Positions 54,390 to 64,000 of a stretch of 64,000 nucleotides of DNA are shown in pieces. The stretch lies in the NCBI GenBank assembly GCA_020184695.1, contig JAANOX010000231.1, positions 62,001 through 126,000 of the forward strand. The letters are read 5' to 3'. The position numbers and the translations under genes were made by a program. Source of the stretch: Histomonas meleagridis 2922-C6/04-290x (taxonomy: Eukaryota; Protista; Parabasalia). The notes beneath the pieces are model-generated. The model searched no databases and was not told the origin of the DNA. It saw only the letters and a program-made list of their open reading frames with translations. Each line of letters begins with the position of its first letter. Within the stretch, counting starts at the first letter, position 1.

Positions 54390-56756
54390 TTAAATCCATT
54401 TATCTTTTTCGCTAAGTACATTTTCCTTGATTTCTTGATCAATGACATTTATTTTCACTAATTCATCAAATTCATCTCCGATTTTTTCTGCTTTGACGAG
54501 TTCTTTTTTATTATGTTTCACCAGATATATAACAATTCCGATGATTATAAAAACAATTGCAACAGAGCAACAAATAATTCCAATTAAAACTCCATTCGAT
54601 AAAAATGTTTGTGATGTTTTATTAGAATCAATAATTGTGAAATAAACTTTTGATATAACAAAATAAGTCGAATATCGAAAAACTGTATATTCATATATCA
54701 CTAAATCCGTAAAAAATAATGTATAAAAAGAACCACTCAAAGATAATGAATATGACTTTGTTAAAAGTGAATTATGTATACTGATTGTTTGAGTAATAAG
54801 TAAAGATTTTGTTAATATAAGAGTTTGAGATAAAATTCCATCAAATGGAATAGAACCTGAAAATGTATTTGAATTAGTGAATGTATTAGAATTAGTAAAT
54901 ATATTCGACTTTGTATGTGAATTTGAATTAGTGAATGTATTAGAATTAGTAAATATATTTGACTTTGTATGTGAATTTGAATTAGTGAATGTATTAGAAT
55001 TAGTAAATATATTTGACTTTGTATGTGAATTTGAATTAGTGAATGTATTAGAATTAGTAAATATATTTGACTTTGTATGTGAATTTGAATTAGTGAATGT
55101 ATTAGAATTAGTAAATATATTTGACTTTGTATGTGAATTTGATTTTGTGTGTGTATTTGATTGTGAAAATGACATATTCGGAAATGGTGAACATCCTTCA
55201 ATGGAATTTCCGCGCGAAATTGGAAATGAAGCAAATGTATCATTTAAATATGTTTCCAATGTCATAACGGTGGTAACTTTAGTATCAGTGAAAACACTTG
55301 TCCCAAATGATGGTTCTATTGTACCATAATAATAAAAACATACCAAATTTGTACAAGATCGAAATGTTGAATTACCAATACTTTTAACATTTCCTTCAAT
55401 AATAACAGTTTCAAGTTTACTATTTACAAAAACTGAATTTTCAATTATCATAACAGATGATGGAATTGTGATCTTTAACAATGATGAACATGAATAAAAT
55501 GAATAATTATTAAGAATATTTACACTTGATGGAATTGTATATGTAATATCTTGTTTCCCTGATGGATAACAAATAATTTCTGTGATTTTTTTGTTATAAA
55601 GAATACCATCATCATCATAGTTTGAATAAAATGCATTTTCTGTTGAAACTTTAATAATTTGAAGATTGGTACATAACATAAATGGATTAATCATCAATGA
55701 AACTGATTTAGATATAGTAACATTCTTTAAAATAGTACAATTTTGAAATGCATATTGGCCAATCGTTAGAACATTTTCTCCAATTATAACAGTTTCAAGA
55801 TTAGGACTTGATAAAAATGAATTCAATTCAATAAATAAAATAGAATTTGGAATTTTAATATAATGAATTAAACAAAAAGAAAATGAATAAGATTTAATCG
55901 TTTTAACGCTATTTGGAATATCAAATGTTTCATTCGTTGCTTTTGGTGAATACCAATAAATTTCTGTAAGATTTATATCATATAAAACTTGACACTGATT
56001 TGAATTACAATAATATAAATTCCTTTTGGAAACATTAATAATTTCTAAACTTATACATAAACTAAATGCACTTGTTCCAATATTTGTAACTGATGATGGA
56101 ATCGTAATATTAACTAAAGATAAACATCTTTCAAATGCTGATTTTCCAATCGTTTTAACATTTTCACCAAAAATAAATGATTCTAATGAATTACAATTGT
56201 AAAATGCATAAAGTCCAATGCTTTCTAAACTATTTATGAAATTAAAAACGATTGACTTTAACAGCATACAATTAAAAAATGCTTCCTTATAAATTGATTC
56301 AACTTTACTTGTAATATTGACCGAAATTAATGAAGAATAATATGAAAATGATGATTGTAAAATTTTAATAATTTCACCTTCAATAATAACATGTTCTGCT
56401 AAATCTTTATAATCAGATTTAAATTCATCATAATTTGTAATTGTGAGCGTTTTTGTCGTTTTATTAAATGTTTCAAATGTTTGTTTGAAAAATAAAACGA
56501 ATATAAACAAATAGATTCCATATTTACATTTATTAGAATTATTGACAATATTGAAGAGAAAATATTTTTTCAAAATAATCAAATTTTGAATCAAAACCAT
56601 TAATAATGAGATATAAATAAAATATTCATTTGCTATAATAATATTTTTGAAATTAATTTCATTTTTCATTGAGATAAATGATGTATAAAAACCAATTACA
56701 AGAAATGCACGAATTAAAGTAATCATTGGTGGTAATAGGTTTGATGATTTTATCAA
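54390..56756 (-). CDS. BspA-like LRR surface protein with tandem-repeat stalk and TM helix
   Basis: TpLRR repeats (ITIPSSVTNIGTSAFSLC), FYYYGTIEP cap, SxTFT repeats, TM GVLIGIICCSVAIVFIIIGIVIYLV and a short tail. The true start may lie downstream of 56756. Confidence 0.9.
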   Translation of the reverse strand: MIKSSNLLPPMITLIRAFLVIGFYTSFISMKNEINFKNIIIANEYFIYISLLMVLIQNLIILKKYFLFNIVNNSNKCKYGIYLFIFVLFFKQTFETFNKTTKTLTITNYDEFKSDYKDLAEHVIIEGEIIKILQSSFSYYSSLISVNITSKVESIYKEAFFNCMLLKSIVFNFINSLESIGLYAFYNCNSLESFIFGENVKTIGKSAFERCLSLVNITIPSSVTNIGTSAFSLCISLEIINVSKRNLYYCNSNQCQVLYDINLTEIYWYSPKATNETFDIPNSVKTIKSYSFSFCLIHYIKIPNSILFIELNSFLSSPNLETVIIGENVLTIGQYAFQNCTILKNVTISKSVSLMINPFMLCTNLQIIKVSTENAFYSNYDDDGILYNKKITEIICYPSGKQDITYTIPSSVNILNNYSFYSCSSLLKITIPSSVMIIENSVFVNSKLETVIIEGNVKSIGNSTFRSCTNLVCFYYYGTIEPSFGTSVFTDTKVTTVMTLETYLNDTFASFPISRGNSIEGCSPFPNMSFSQSNTHTKSNSHTKSNIFTNSNTFTNSNSHTKSNIFTNSNTFTNSNSHTKSNIFTNSNTFTNSNSHTKSNIFTNSNTFTNSNSHTKSNIFTNSNTFTNSNTFSGSIPFDGILSQTLILTKSLLITQTISIHNSLLTKSYSLSLSGSFYTLFFTDLVIYEYTVFRYSTYFVISKVYFTIIDSNKTSQTFLSNGVLIGIICCSVAIVFIIIGIVIYLVKHNKKELVKAEKIGDEFDELVKINVIDQEIKENVLSEKDKWI
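54869..55140. repeat. 54-bp coding tandem repeat, 5 copies (TNSNTFTNSNSHTKSNIF)
   Basis: Near-identical units TTGAATTAGTGAATGTATTAGAATTAGTAAATATATTTGACTTTGTATGTGAAT. Confidence 0.95.
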
Positions 56757-57168
56757 AGTAAAATTATCGAAGTTTGATTATAATGAATCGAGTACTTTAT
56801 TTTTTTACAACACTATAGGTTTTTCTAAACTCCAAATTTTTGAATGAGTTTTTAAGTATGGTTTGTCCTTATGTGGTTTGTTGTTGAGTTTTCTGAAGTT
56901 AATTTCCTAAACAACAATTCTTTTTTTGATCAATTTACATAAAATTATTTTTTGATCATTCTGTCTATAAAACTTTATTTAAAGAAAGTTTTTTTTCCCA
57001 TTTATTCATAAACAAATAAAAAAATTCATATCATATATAGAATTTGAGATGACAAATGTAATGAATTTTTGCATGTTTTTATTTCACACTTAGTAAATAT
57101 AAAGTAATTTAAAGTTGAAAACATTTCGCATTGTGAAAAATATATAATACATTATTAAACAGTTTATA

Positions 57169-58677
57169 TTAAAAATATGTCGATTGCTTATTGGTTCTTC
57201 TTTCAATGCCAACATCGAATGGATCATTTGACCTTTCTCTAGCACAAGAACCATTTCTTAATGTCACAATTACGACAGCGATAATTATACCTATGAACAA
57301 CGCGCATGCCAAAACGATACATACGATTGCAGCTGTGCTTAATCCGCCACCATTATCCTCATTACTTGTTGATTCATTTAATGATTCTTCGAAAGTTGAT
57401 TCATTCAAAGTAATGATTTCTGATGTAGTAACCTCATATGAAGTTGTAGCTTCTTCACCACTTCCTCCACCTGAAATTGGAAGAGGTGGATAATTGCTCG
57501 CAAAGTCAAAGTTGATGCTTCCATCTGAAGTTTTAAGAGGTGGTAAGAAGTCTATATCCCCATTTATAGTTGTTGCTTCTTGTAAATAAATTGTTCCAAT
57601 AGTTCCGCTTTGAAAACTATTTTCATAAAACGTCTGCGCTAAAGTTGAAGTTGAACTTTGCGCAGAAATATATTTTGTATTTGTGTTCTTTGCTGAAAGA
57701 AGAAGTGCATAGATGTACAAAAGTGGATTAGTGATTAATAAATCATTATAATTCAAAGAAATAAAACTTAAAGGTATACTTGTGGATGATGAAGTTGTTA
57801 TGTTCGTATAATTAAGAATCATACGGTTATAATTTTCGGCATAAAAAAAAGATCCATCATATGCTGAGCAATCACTAAAAACAGTAAACGTGAAATTAAG
57901 AATGCTTGCATCAGAAACAATGTTTTGCTTGGCATATAAGCCGCCACCAGTTGATTGTGTGGGATATGGAGTTTGACATCCGCATCCAGTAAAAGTTGTA
58001 TTAAATAAAATCAGTTGACTAGACTCCGAATAAACAGCACCACCATATGATGTGTTTCCTATGCAAACGCATCCTTCAAAAATGGTATTTGATAAATTAA
58101 CAATTCCTTGTGTATTGGCATAGAGCCCACCACCCATTGAAAAAATAGGATATTTATTTCCCAGTGATATTCCATACCCAGTAGTGCAAGAAATAAAATG
58201 ACAAGAAATTATTGTAACTTCTGAAGCTGAATTATTGACAAAAACTGCACCTCCATGATAGTGAGAAAAGCAGTTTGTAAATGTACACTCATTGGCAATT
58301 AGTTGTCCATTTGTGATTAGTGCGCCACCACTTTGATTGAGTTCTACACCAGTAGAACAACTTTGAAAAAGACACTGATAAAAACTACTACAAACCCCAG
58401 TGGTTATATGAGTTCTTTGCCCTAAGTATGTTTTTCCACTAATTTGATCACAATTTGTATGAATTATAAATGGTGTGGACAAAAAATTTGTAAACTCTGA
58501 TGACACTACACTAAGAGTAGATATACTATTAGAAAAAAAAGTACTTCCTATAAAATTTCTTAATCTGAGATTTTTTAAATTAAATTTTGTATGAATTTGA
58601 AACTGTCCAAAAGAAAACATTGGCGATGTTGAAACACTGCTTGTAAGTACAAGTGAAATAATTGTTGTAACATTCAT
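57169..58677 (-). CDS. Pmp-like (GGA[I/L/V]/FxxC parallel beta-helix) type I membrane protein
   Basis: Signal sequence from ATG 58677; repeated GGAL/GGAV/GGGL plus FxxC units; Ser/Thr/Glu stalk; TM AAIVCIVLACALFIGIIIAVVIV; tail ending STYF. Confidence 0.8.
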   Translation of the reverse strand: MNVTTIISLVLTSSVSTSPMFSFGQFQIHTKFNLKNLRLRNFIGSTFFSNSISTLSVVSSEFTNFLSTPFIIHTNCDQISGKTYLGQRTHITTGVCSSFYQCLFQSCSTGVELNQSGGALITNGQLIANECTFTNCFSHYHGGAVFVNNSASEVTIISCHFISCTTGYGISLGNKYPIFSMGGGLYANTQGIVNLSNTIFEGCVCIGNTSYGGAVYSESSQLILFNTTFTGCGCQTPYPTQSTGGGLYAKQNIVSDASILNFTFTVFSDCSAYDGSFFYAENYNRMILNYTNITTSSSTSIPLSFISLNYNDLLITNPLLYIYALLLSAKNTNTKYISAQSSTSTLAQTFYENSFQSGTIGTIYLQEATTINGDIDFLPPLKTSDGSINFDFASNYPPLPISGGGSGEEATTSYEVTTSEIITLNESTFEESLNESTSNEDNGGGLSTAAIVCIVLACALFIGIIIAVVIVTLRNGSCARERSNDPFDVGIERRTNKQSTYF

Positions 58678-58834
58678 ATGAATTCGATTTTTATATAATG
58701 AACGTTTAGAATTTTGGATAAATAGCACCAAAAAAAAAAAATTCTTAAAGAAGTAACAAGCAAAACATACCTTAAATGATTTTTATTATAAAACAAAGTT
58801 TGTAACAAAAAATATTAAATTTAGACTGAGTAAT

Positions 58835-59221
58835 TTATTGTCTTTCAAGTAATCTGATAGGCCGTTCTGGATATCTGCATCCATTGTTATTAACATAAAT
58901 ATGTTCCCAATCAAGTCTAACTTGATCACCAACCTTAAGATCTTTTATGATGTTGATGATGTCAGCCTGCTGTCTATCTTCCTCGGCGTTTGGATTTATG
59001 TTTGCATAGAATTCAGTAGCTTCTTCATCTCCATATTGTCCTTTCTTTTCGTAATTAAGGTATTTAAGAATTGTAAATTTCGCAAGATCTTTTGCATGAC
59101 CGCATCTATCTGGGCATAGTGCAGTTCTAAACATGCAAGGTCTGTGAATTATACCTTCAAAGCGTGCAATTGTGCTGTTGGTTGCAAGAACGTCGTATGG
59201 TATTGTTTGCATTTTTTCCAA
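58835..59221 (-). CDS. Small conserved hypothetical protein with CxxxxxxCPDRCGH motif
   Basis: 128-aa clean ORF: FEGIIHRPCMFRTALCPDRCGHAKD...YGD...LKVGDQVRLDWEHIYV...YPERP. Confidence 0.75.
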   Translation of the reverse strand: MEKMQTIPYDVLATNSTIARFEGIIHRPCMFRTALCPDRCGHAKDLAKFTILKYLNYEKKGQYGDEEATEFYANINPNAEEDRQQADIINIIKDLKVGDQVRLDWEHIYVNNNGCRYPERPIRLLERQ

Positions 59222-60373
59222 AATCTAAGTGAACTGAGAACGATAGCGATATTTGTGTTCAAAGCGTAAAGTTGGTCAGATATTTGACTATACTACAAAA
59301 AGCTTTTTGAAAGAATAACCATGTTAAGCATACAAAAATGACGGCTATTTTATCGGCTAGAATTGAATGCGTGTTAAACATGAACGTAAGGAATTTTTTG
59401 AATTAACTCAAAGAAAAAAATCTGCAGCAGTCTCCACTTTTTGAACGTAATCCTATTGAAATCGATGAAAAGTGCTGTTAAAAGCTTAATTTTAATCCAC
59501 AATCATTACAAGAATATTTTTTATATGATGAAATAAAACAACATTAAACATAGCATGCGTTTTTTATTCACACCTTGTTTAATAGTTCCTATTTTTTTTT
59601 TCATTTGTGTGGTTATAAACTCCAAATTGACAAAGTGGTCTTATAAGTTAGGTGGTTATTATTTTAATTTATAATTTTAAAAATAGATGAATCTTTTAAC
59701 ACCATGTCTTTGTCGATATTGCTAAAATGCTGTTGTAACATCTTTTTTTGAAGTTAAATGTTGTAATGAATACTTTTCGTTTTTATGTAAATAGAACAAA
59801 TTATTCCAAAAGAATTTTCAATTTATAAATTCATAAATAGTTGGTTTTGTTACCATCTCTATCTTAAGAACCTGTTTTTTGAACAATTTTCCTGGAAGAG
59901 ACAAAAATTTTTTTTGCATTAGATGTATCTTTTAAAAATTAGGAATCATCAAAATTATGTAATTAAAATTTACGAAAGTAATGAGACAAGCAGATAAATT
60001 TAAATGAAATAATTTTTTTTTAAAAGAAATAACTTGTATCATGGAATATTTTTATTGAGAACATATTATCCAAAAAGTTGGTTTGAACATATCGGAGTTA
60101 TTTTTCTTGAATTTTTCCCCAGAACATTTTGAAGATGTGATCAAACACTTTCGGTTGAAGTTCTTCTTGTTTCTATCAATTAATACACTTTACCACAAGA
60201 ACTTTTGTTTCTTCGACTTAAAAGAAAGGATTGATTGTGACTTAATTAAACAATTGCAAATTTAAATTCGAACATCGATTTAAAGAATATGAAATATATA
60301 TTGCTTAAAAACATTAGAATCTTATTTCATTTAAATGAATTTGAAAAAATTAACAATTAAAATAAAAGTCAGA

Positions 60374-60700
60374 CTATTTTGAATTCGCAGAAATAAGGTC
60401 TCCCAGTGTAATTCTAGAATTTTCCAAAATCTGTTTTTTTTCTTCCAATTCAGAAATCAACTTTTGAATGAAAATATTCTTTTCGTTGTCATTCATTTCT
60501 TGAACTTTGCTTAATTTGGTAAGTGTGAGTTTTCCATCTGCTAATTCTTCTGAATGATCAATTTTTTCATCTGGGATTGATGAACGAGATTTTTCTTCAA
60601 TGTTTTTTATTTTATCTGAAATGCCTAATAGTGCTTCTAATTCATTATAAATTTCTTCAATTAAACATTGTCTCTCTTCAATTGAGCGAAATTTAAACAT
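60374..60700 (-). CDS. Hypothetical coiled-coil protein
   Basis: Open frame rich in E/K/L heptads; start uncertain (MFKFRS at 60700 or an upstream ATG at 60796). Confidence 0.45.
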   Translation of the reverse strand: MFKFRSIEERQCLIEEIYNELEALLGISDKIKNIEEKSRSSIPDEKIDHSEELADGKLTLTKLSKVQEMNDNEKNIFIQKLISELEEKKQILENSRITLGDLISANSK

Positions 60701-60806
60701 TTTTATTGCATAAATTAACGTCCTCGGGGCACCCTGTTGCGATCTGTGTTTGAGCAAGCATAAAGCTATTCGATATATTGTCAATATCAAAAACATTTAT
60801 ATCACT

Positions 60807-61008
60807 AACACAGTAATAGTTGAATTGCTTCTTGAACAAAGAGGGATTGATATTAAAGCAAAAAATATTAATTTGTTTTATTGAAAATTCATTTTTATAA
60901 TTTTTTCAAAATAATATTTGGAAATTATTTAAATTATTTAAAACAGCACTTGTATTAGCATCTGAAAATGGAGACACAGAAATAGTTAATTTGATTCGTG
61001 GGTTCTAA
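60807..61008 (+). pseudogene. Ankyrin-repeat fragment interrupted by an AT-rich spacer
   Basis: NTVIVELLLEQRGIDIKAKN (60807-60866) and KTALVLASENGDTEIVNLIRGF* (60940-61008) lie in different frames, separated by 73 nt. Confidence 0.75.
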
Positions 61009-61612
61009 TTGAAACATAAGTTTTTATTCACTAAAACATAAGAACAATAATTCCTAATTTTTATTTCCAAAAAATAATTTTTATTTTCACATTCGATCAT
61101 TGCATTAAACATCGCAACATTTGAGAAATTTGTAGTTACAGCCTTTGACCAAGCAATTACGGAGACATCTTTCCATGGGTTAATAGTTGAATTCATTCAT
61201 CTTTTTCCAAGAAAATTAAATTAAAAGCAGCGGTTATGTCAAAACTGCCATCGCAACGCTTTAAAATCTAAATGTTATAAAGAAAAATGTTAATCCTCAG
61301 CCATTAGTTCCAAAATTTAGTTTACATTTCAGATAGAAAACAATAGATTCCACACATTAAAGACTATATCTCTTCGTTTTTGTAAAGTTCTGGTTACTGA
61401 ATTGCAATAAGTTTCATGAGAGCTTGATGATCTTTTGGATTTTTCATCTCTTTAGTATTTAGAATGAAATCCCAAATTCGTTTTTCGTTAAGAAACTGTG
61501 GAAAGATTTTTTCATCACTCAATCCAATTGAGTTTGGTATGGCATTTTTAGGAAATGTTTCACTTAGCCCAACCAGCTTGCTATTTATACCATTATTTCA
61601 TCCAAATTTAAA

Positions 61613-61864
61613 TTATTGGTCATTTGAATGAATTTGAACATTGATTGTGAGTCCATCAATCTGTCCAAGATCCATTGACTTTATAGCTTTTAGTGCATTT
61701 TCGTAAGTTTCATATGTAATATATGAATTTTGTGTAAAATTTTCTGGATTTTTTTCCATTTTTATTGATTTAATTGTTCCCCATTTTCCAAATATCTCTT
61801 TAATATGATTTTCATTCACATTTAGTGATAAGTTAGATACGAAAATAGTTAAACTTTGTTCCAT
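61613..61864 (-). CDS. Single-RRM protein (RNPS1-like RRM)
   Basis: IFVSNLSLNVNENHIKEIFGKWG...AIKSMDLGQIDG matches the RNPS1-type HMDGGQIDG RRM; no RS domain. Confidence 0.75.
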   Translation of the reverse strand: MEQSLTIFVSNLSLNVNENHIKEIFGKWGTIKSIKMEKNPENFTQNSYITYETYENALKAIKSMDLGQIDGLTINVQIHSNDQ

Positions 61865-61972
61865 TTTTTCTGCAGAAAGACTAAGAACCGTTAAAAGTAT
61901 TCAATGGTTTATTTTGCATTGAAACAATTTTTGCCAAAGATTTCCAAATTCCATTTTTAATCATTTTTTTTT

Positions 61973-63838
61973 ATGGCAGCCATTGGTATTGACCTTGGTA
62001 CAACTTATAGTTGTGCTGCTATTTCGACGAACGGAAATGTTGAAGTTTTTCAAAACGATAATGGCCGTCGTACTGTTCCATCATTTGTTACTTTTACAAA
62101 TACTGAAAGATTTGTAGGGGAACAAGCAAAGGATCAAGAAGTATACAACCTTGGCAATGCTGTTTTTGATGTTAAACGTTTAATTGGCCGCAAATTCAGT
62201 GATGAAACTGTTCAAAATGATATGAAAAAATGGCCATTTAAAGTTGTAAAAGGTGAAGATGATCACCCAATGATTGAAGTTCAGTGGATGAATCAAACCA
62301 GACAATTTTATCCAGAAGAAATTTCTGCCATGGTTCTTGGCGAAGTCAAAAGGATTGCCGAGAAAAGCCTCGGAACAAAAGTCGAGTATGCTGTTGTTAC
62401 TGTTCCTGCGTATTTTACTGATAGTCAAAGAAGATCCACCATCACAGCAGCCAAAGCAGCCGGATTAGAAGTTCTACGTATTATTAATGAACCCACAGCA
62501 GCTGCTATTACATACGGATTAAAAAATAAGTTTGAAGGAACCCGACATATTCTCGTATATGATTTAGGCGGTGGTACATTTGATGCATCTATAGTTAAGA
62601 TTCAAGACAAAGAATACACCGTTGTAGCCAAAGGAGGTAATACACATCTTGGTGGTCGAGATTTTGATAATTGTCTTTTTGAAAAATTGGCCGACATCTT
62701 CCAAAAAGAGAAAGGCTGTGATCTCCGAAACAACCAGCGGTCATGCTGTCTCTTGCGTAATGAGTGTGAAAAATTGAAGATAAATTTGTCAAGTAATCCT
62801 TCTTATACAATTCGATGTCCTACTCTTTATCAAGGAATTGATTTTAGTTATACTGCTACACGTGCATTCTTTAATGATTTGATTGAAAATCTTTTACAAG
62901 AGACAATTCAGACAGTTAAAACAGTTATTCATGATGCCGGACTTCGAAAAAATCAAATCGATGACGTTGTTTTAGTCGGAGGTTCATCACGTATTCCACA
63001 TGTCAAAGAACTTTTAACTGAATTATTTGGTAAAGAGCCGAAGCGATGTGTTGATCCCGATGAATCTGTTGCATATGGCGCAGCTATCCAAGCCGAAATA
63101 TTACGCAAAGGAATGATAAGCGCAACTAACAATAACAATAATAATGATGATAATACTCATGAAGAAGATGAAGAAGATGATAATGGAATTATACTTTTAG
63201 ATGTAACATCGTTATCTTTAGGAATCGACATAACACATGATCGAACTGCTATTGTAGTTCCACGTAATACACCATTGCCATGTAATAAAATGGAAACGTT
63301 TTGTACATCCACCGATTACCAAACAGTTGCTAACATTAAAGTGTTGGAAGGAGAGCGTTTGAAGGTTCAAGATAACAACGAACTTGGCCAATTCAGGATA
63401 TCGAATTTGACGCCTGCGCCAGCGGGTAAAACTAAAGTCGATGTCACATTTAATATTGATGAAAATGGAACATTAGTTGTCACTGCACAAGAACAATCAA
63501 CGGATAACATCGTAAGGCATCCAGTGATTAACGTGAAGGGAAGACTGACCGATGAACAAATCCAGAAAATCATCGAAGAGGCAGAAAAGAATCGAAGACA
63601 AGACGAAATGATAAGAAGAAATATCGAAGCAATGAATAACTTCCAATCTTTCATTAATGGAATTAATTACAGAGTGAGAAGAATGGGACAAAATGATTCC
63701 CAAAAGGTTGCGGAAGCACGAAATATAATTCAACAAATGAGAAATTGGACCGATGATAACTTTGGAGTAGATGAAAACGTAATCGAAGAGAAGAAAAGGG
63801 AATTCGAAAGACGAATAACGCCTTTGATTGATGGTTGA
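61973..63838 (+). CDS. HSP70: Divergent cytosolic-type Hsp70/DnaK family protein
   Basis: GIDLGTT, IINEPTAAA, YDLGGGTFD and LVGGSSRIP. An Asn/acidic insert precedes the linker and there is no C-terminal EEVD. Confidence 0.95.
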   Translation: MAAIGIDLGTTYSCAAISTNGNVEVFQNDNGRRTVPSFVTFTNTERFVGEQAKDQEVYNLGNAVFDVKRLIGRKFSDETVQNDMKKWPFKVVKGEDDHPMIEVQWMNQTRQFYPEEISAMVLGEVKRIAEKSLGTKVEYAVVTVPAYFTDSQRRSTITAAKAAGLEVLRIINEPTAAAITYGLKNKFEGTRHILVYDLGGGTFDASIVKIQDKEYTVVAKGGNTHLGGRDFDNCLFEKLADIFQKEKGCDLRNNQRSCCLLRNECEKLKINLSSNPSYTIRCPTLYQGIDFSYTATRAFFNDLIENLLQETIQTVKTVIHDAGLRKNQIDDVVLVGGSSRIPHVKELLTELFGKEPKRCVDPDESVAYGAAIQAEILRKGMISATNNNNNNDDNTHEEDEEDDNGIILLDVTSLSLGIDITHDRTAIVVPRNTPLPCNKMETFCTSTDYQTVANIKVLEGERLKVQDNNELGQFRISNLTPAPAGKTKVDVTFNIDENGTLVVTAQEQSTDNIVRHPVINVKGRLTDEQIQKIIEEAEKNRRQDEMIRRNIEAMNNFQSFINGINYRVRRMGQNDSQKVAEARNIIQQMRNWTDDNFGVDENVIEEKKREFERRITPLIDG

Positions 63839-63918
63839 ATTTTTAATATAATTTTTGAGCTTTCTTTGTAAAATCAAAATATAAATCATATCGAAGTTTA
63901 AAAAATGCATTTTCCATC

Positions 63919-63924
<6 letters not shown>

Positions 63925-63968
<44 letters not shown>
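63925..63968. repeat. (TG)22 microsatellite
   Basis: Direct read of the sequence. Confidence 0.97.
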
Positions 63969-63972
<4 letters not shown>

Positions 63973-64000
63973 GTTTTTTGTTTGAAAGTCAACTGAATAT

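Noticed and set aside
59300-60300. Coding-like remnants between the CPDRCGH gene and the coiled-coil ORF
   Set aside because: Multiple stops in all frames and no identifiable family.
60804-60813. ACTAACACAG as a trichomonad intron 3' end
   Set aside because: It is 2 nt shorter than the ACTAACACACAG consensus, has no upstream GT-type donor, and the bases read as ankyrin codons (NTV).

Overview
AT-rich genomic DNA of a parabasalid protist (Trichomonas/Tritrichomonas/Histomonas type). The assignment rests on a trichomonad-type actin, intronless genes, M3/M5/Inr-like core promoter motifs, and BspA, Pmp-like, DUF3447-ankyrin and PAS/cyclase-like families. The genetic code is standard. Housekeeping genes (actin paralog, URB1, RPC8, RPS24, PSMA3, RPL11, RPS16, DDX51, striatin, ODAD3-like, Rab, Hsp70) often sit head-to-head across very short spacers and are interleaved with intact and decayed surface-protein genes. 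The most notable region is about 36.85-44.55 kb, a stack of mobile and viral relics. It holds a degraded endogenous CRESS ssDNA virus (HUH Rep motifs I/II plus a kirkovirus-like capsid C-terminus, neither in the ORF track). This relic is split by an internally deleted mariner, which is itself interrupted by a second full-length mariner; TIRs and TA duplications are resolved for both. A pogo-like transposase, an IS481-like integrase fragment and a Maverick/Polinton fragment follow. Other highlights are a GEX1/KAR5/Brambleberry-like nuclear-fusion gene, a kinesin with degenerate switch motifs, an ankyrin repeat interrupted by an intron-like non-GT-AG spacer, and a small ORF bracketed by 100-bp direct repeats. 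All homology calls come from motif recognition by eye; no searches were run.
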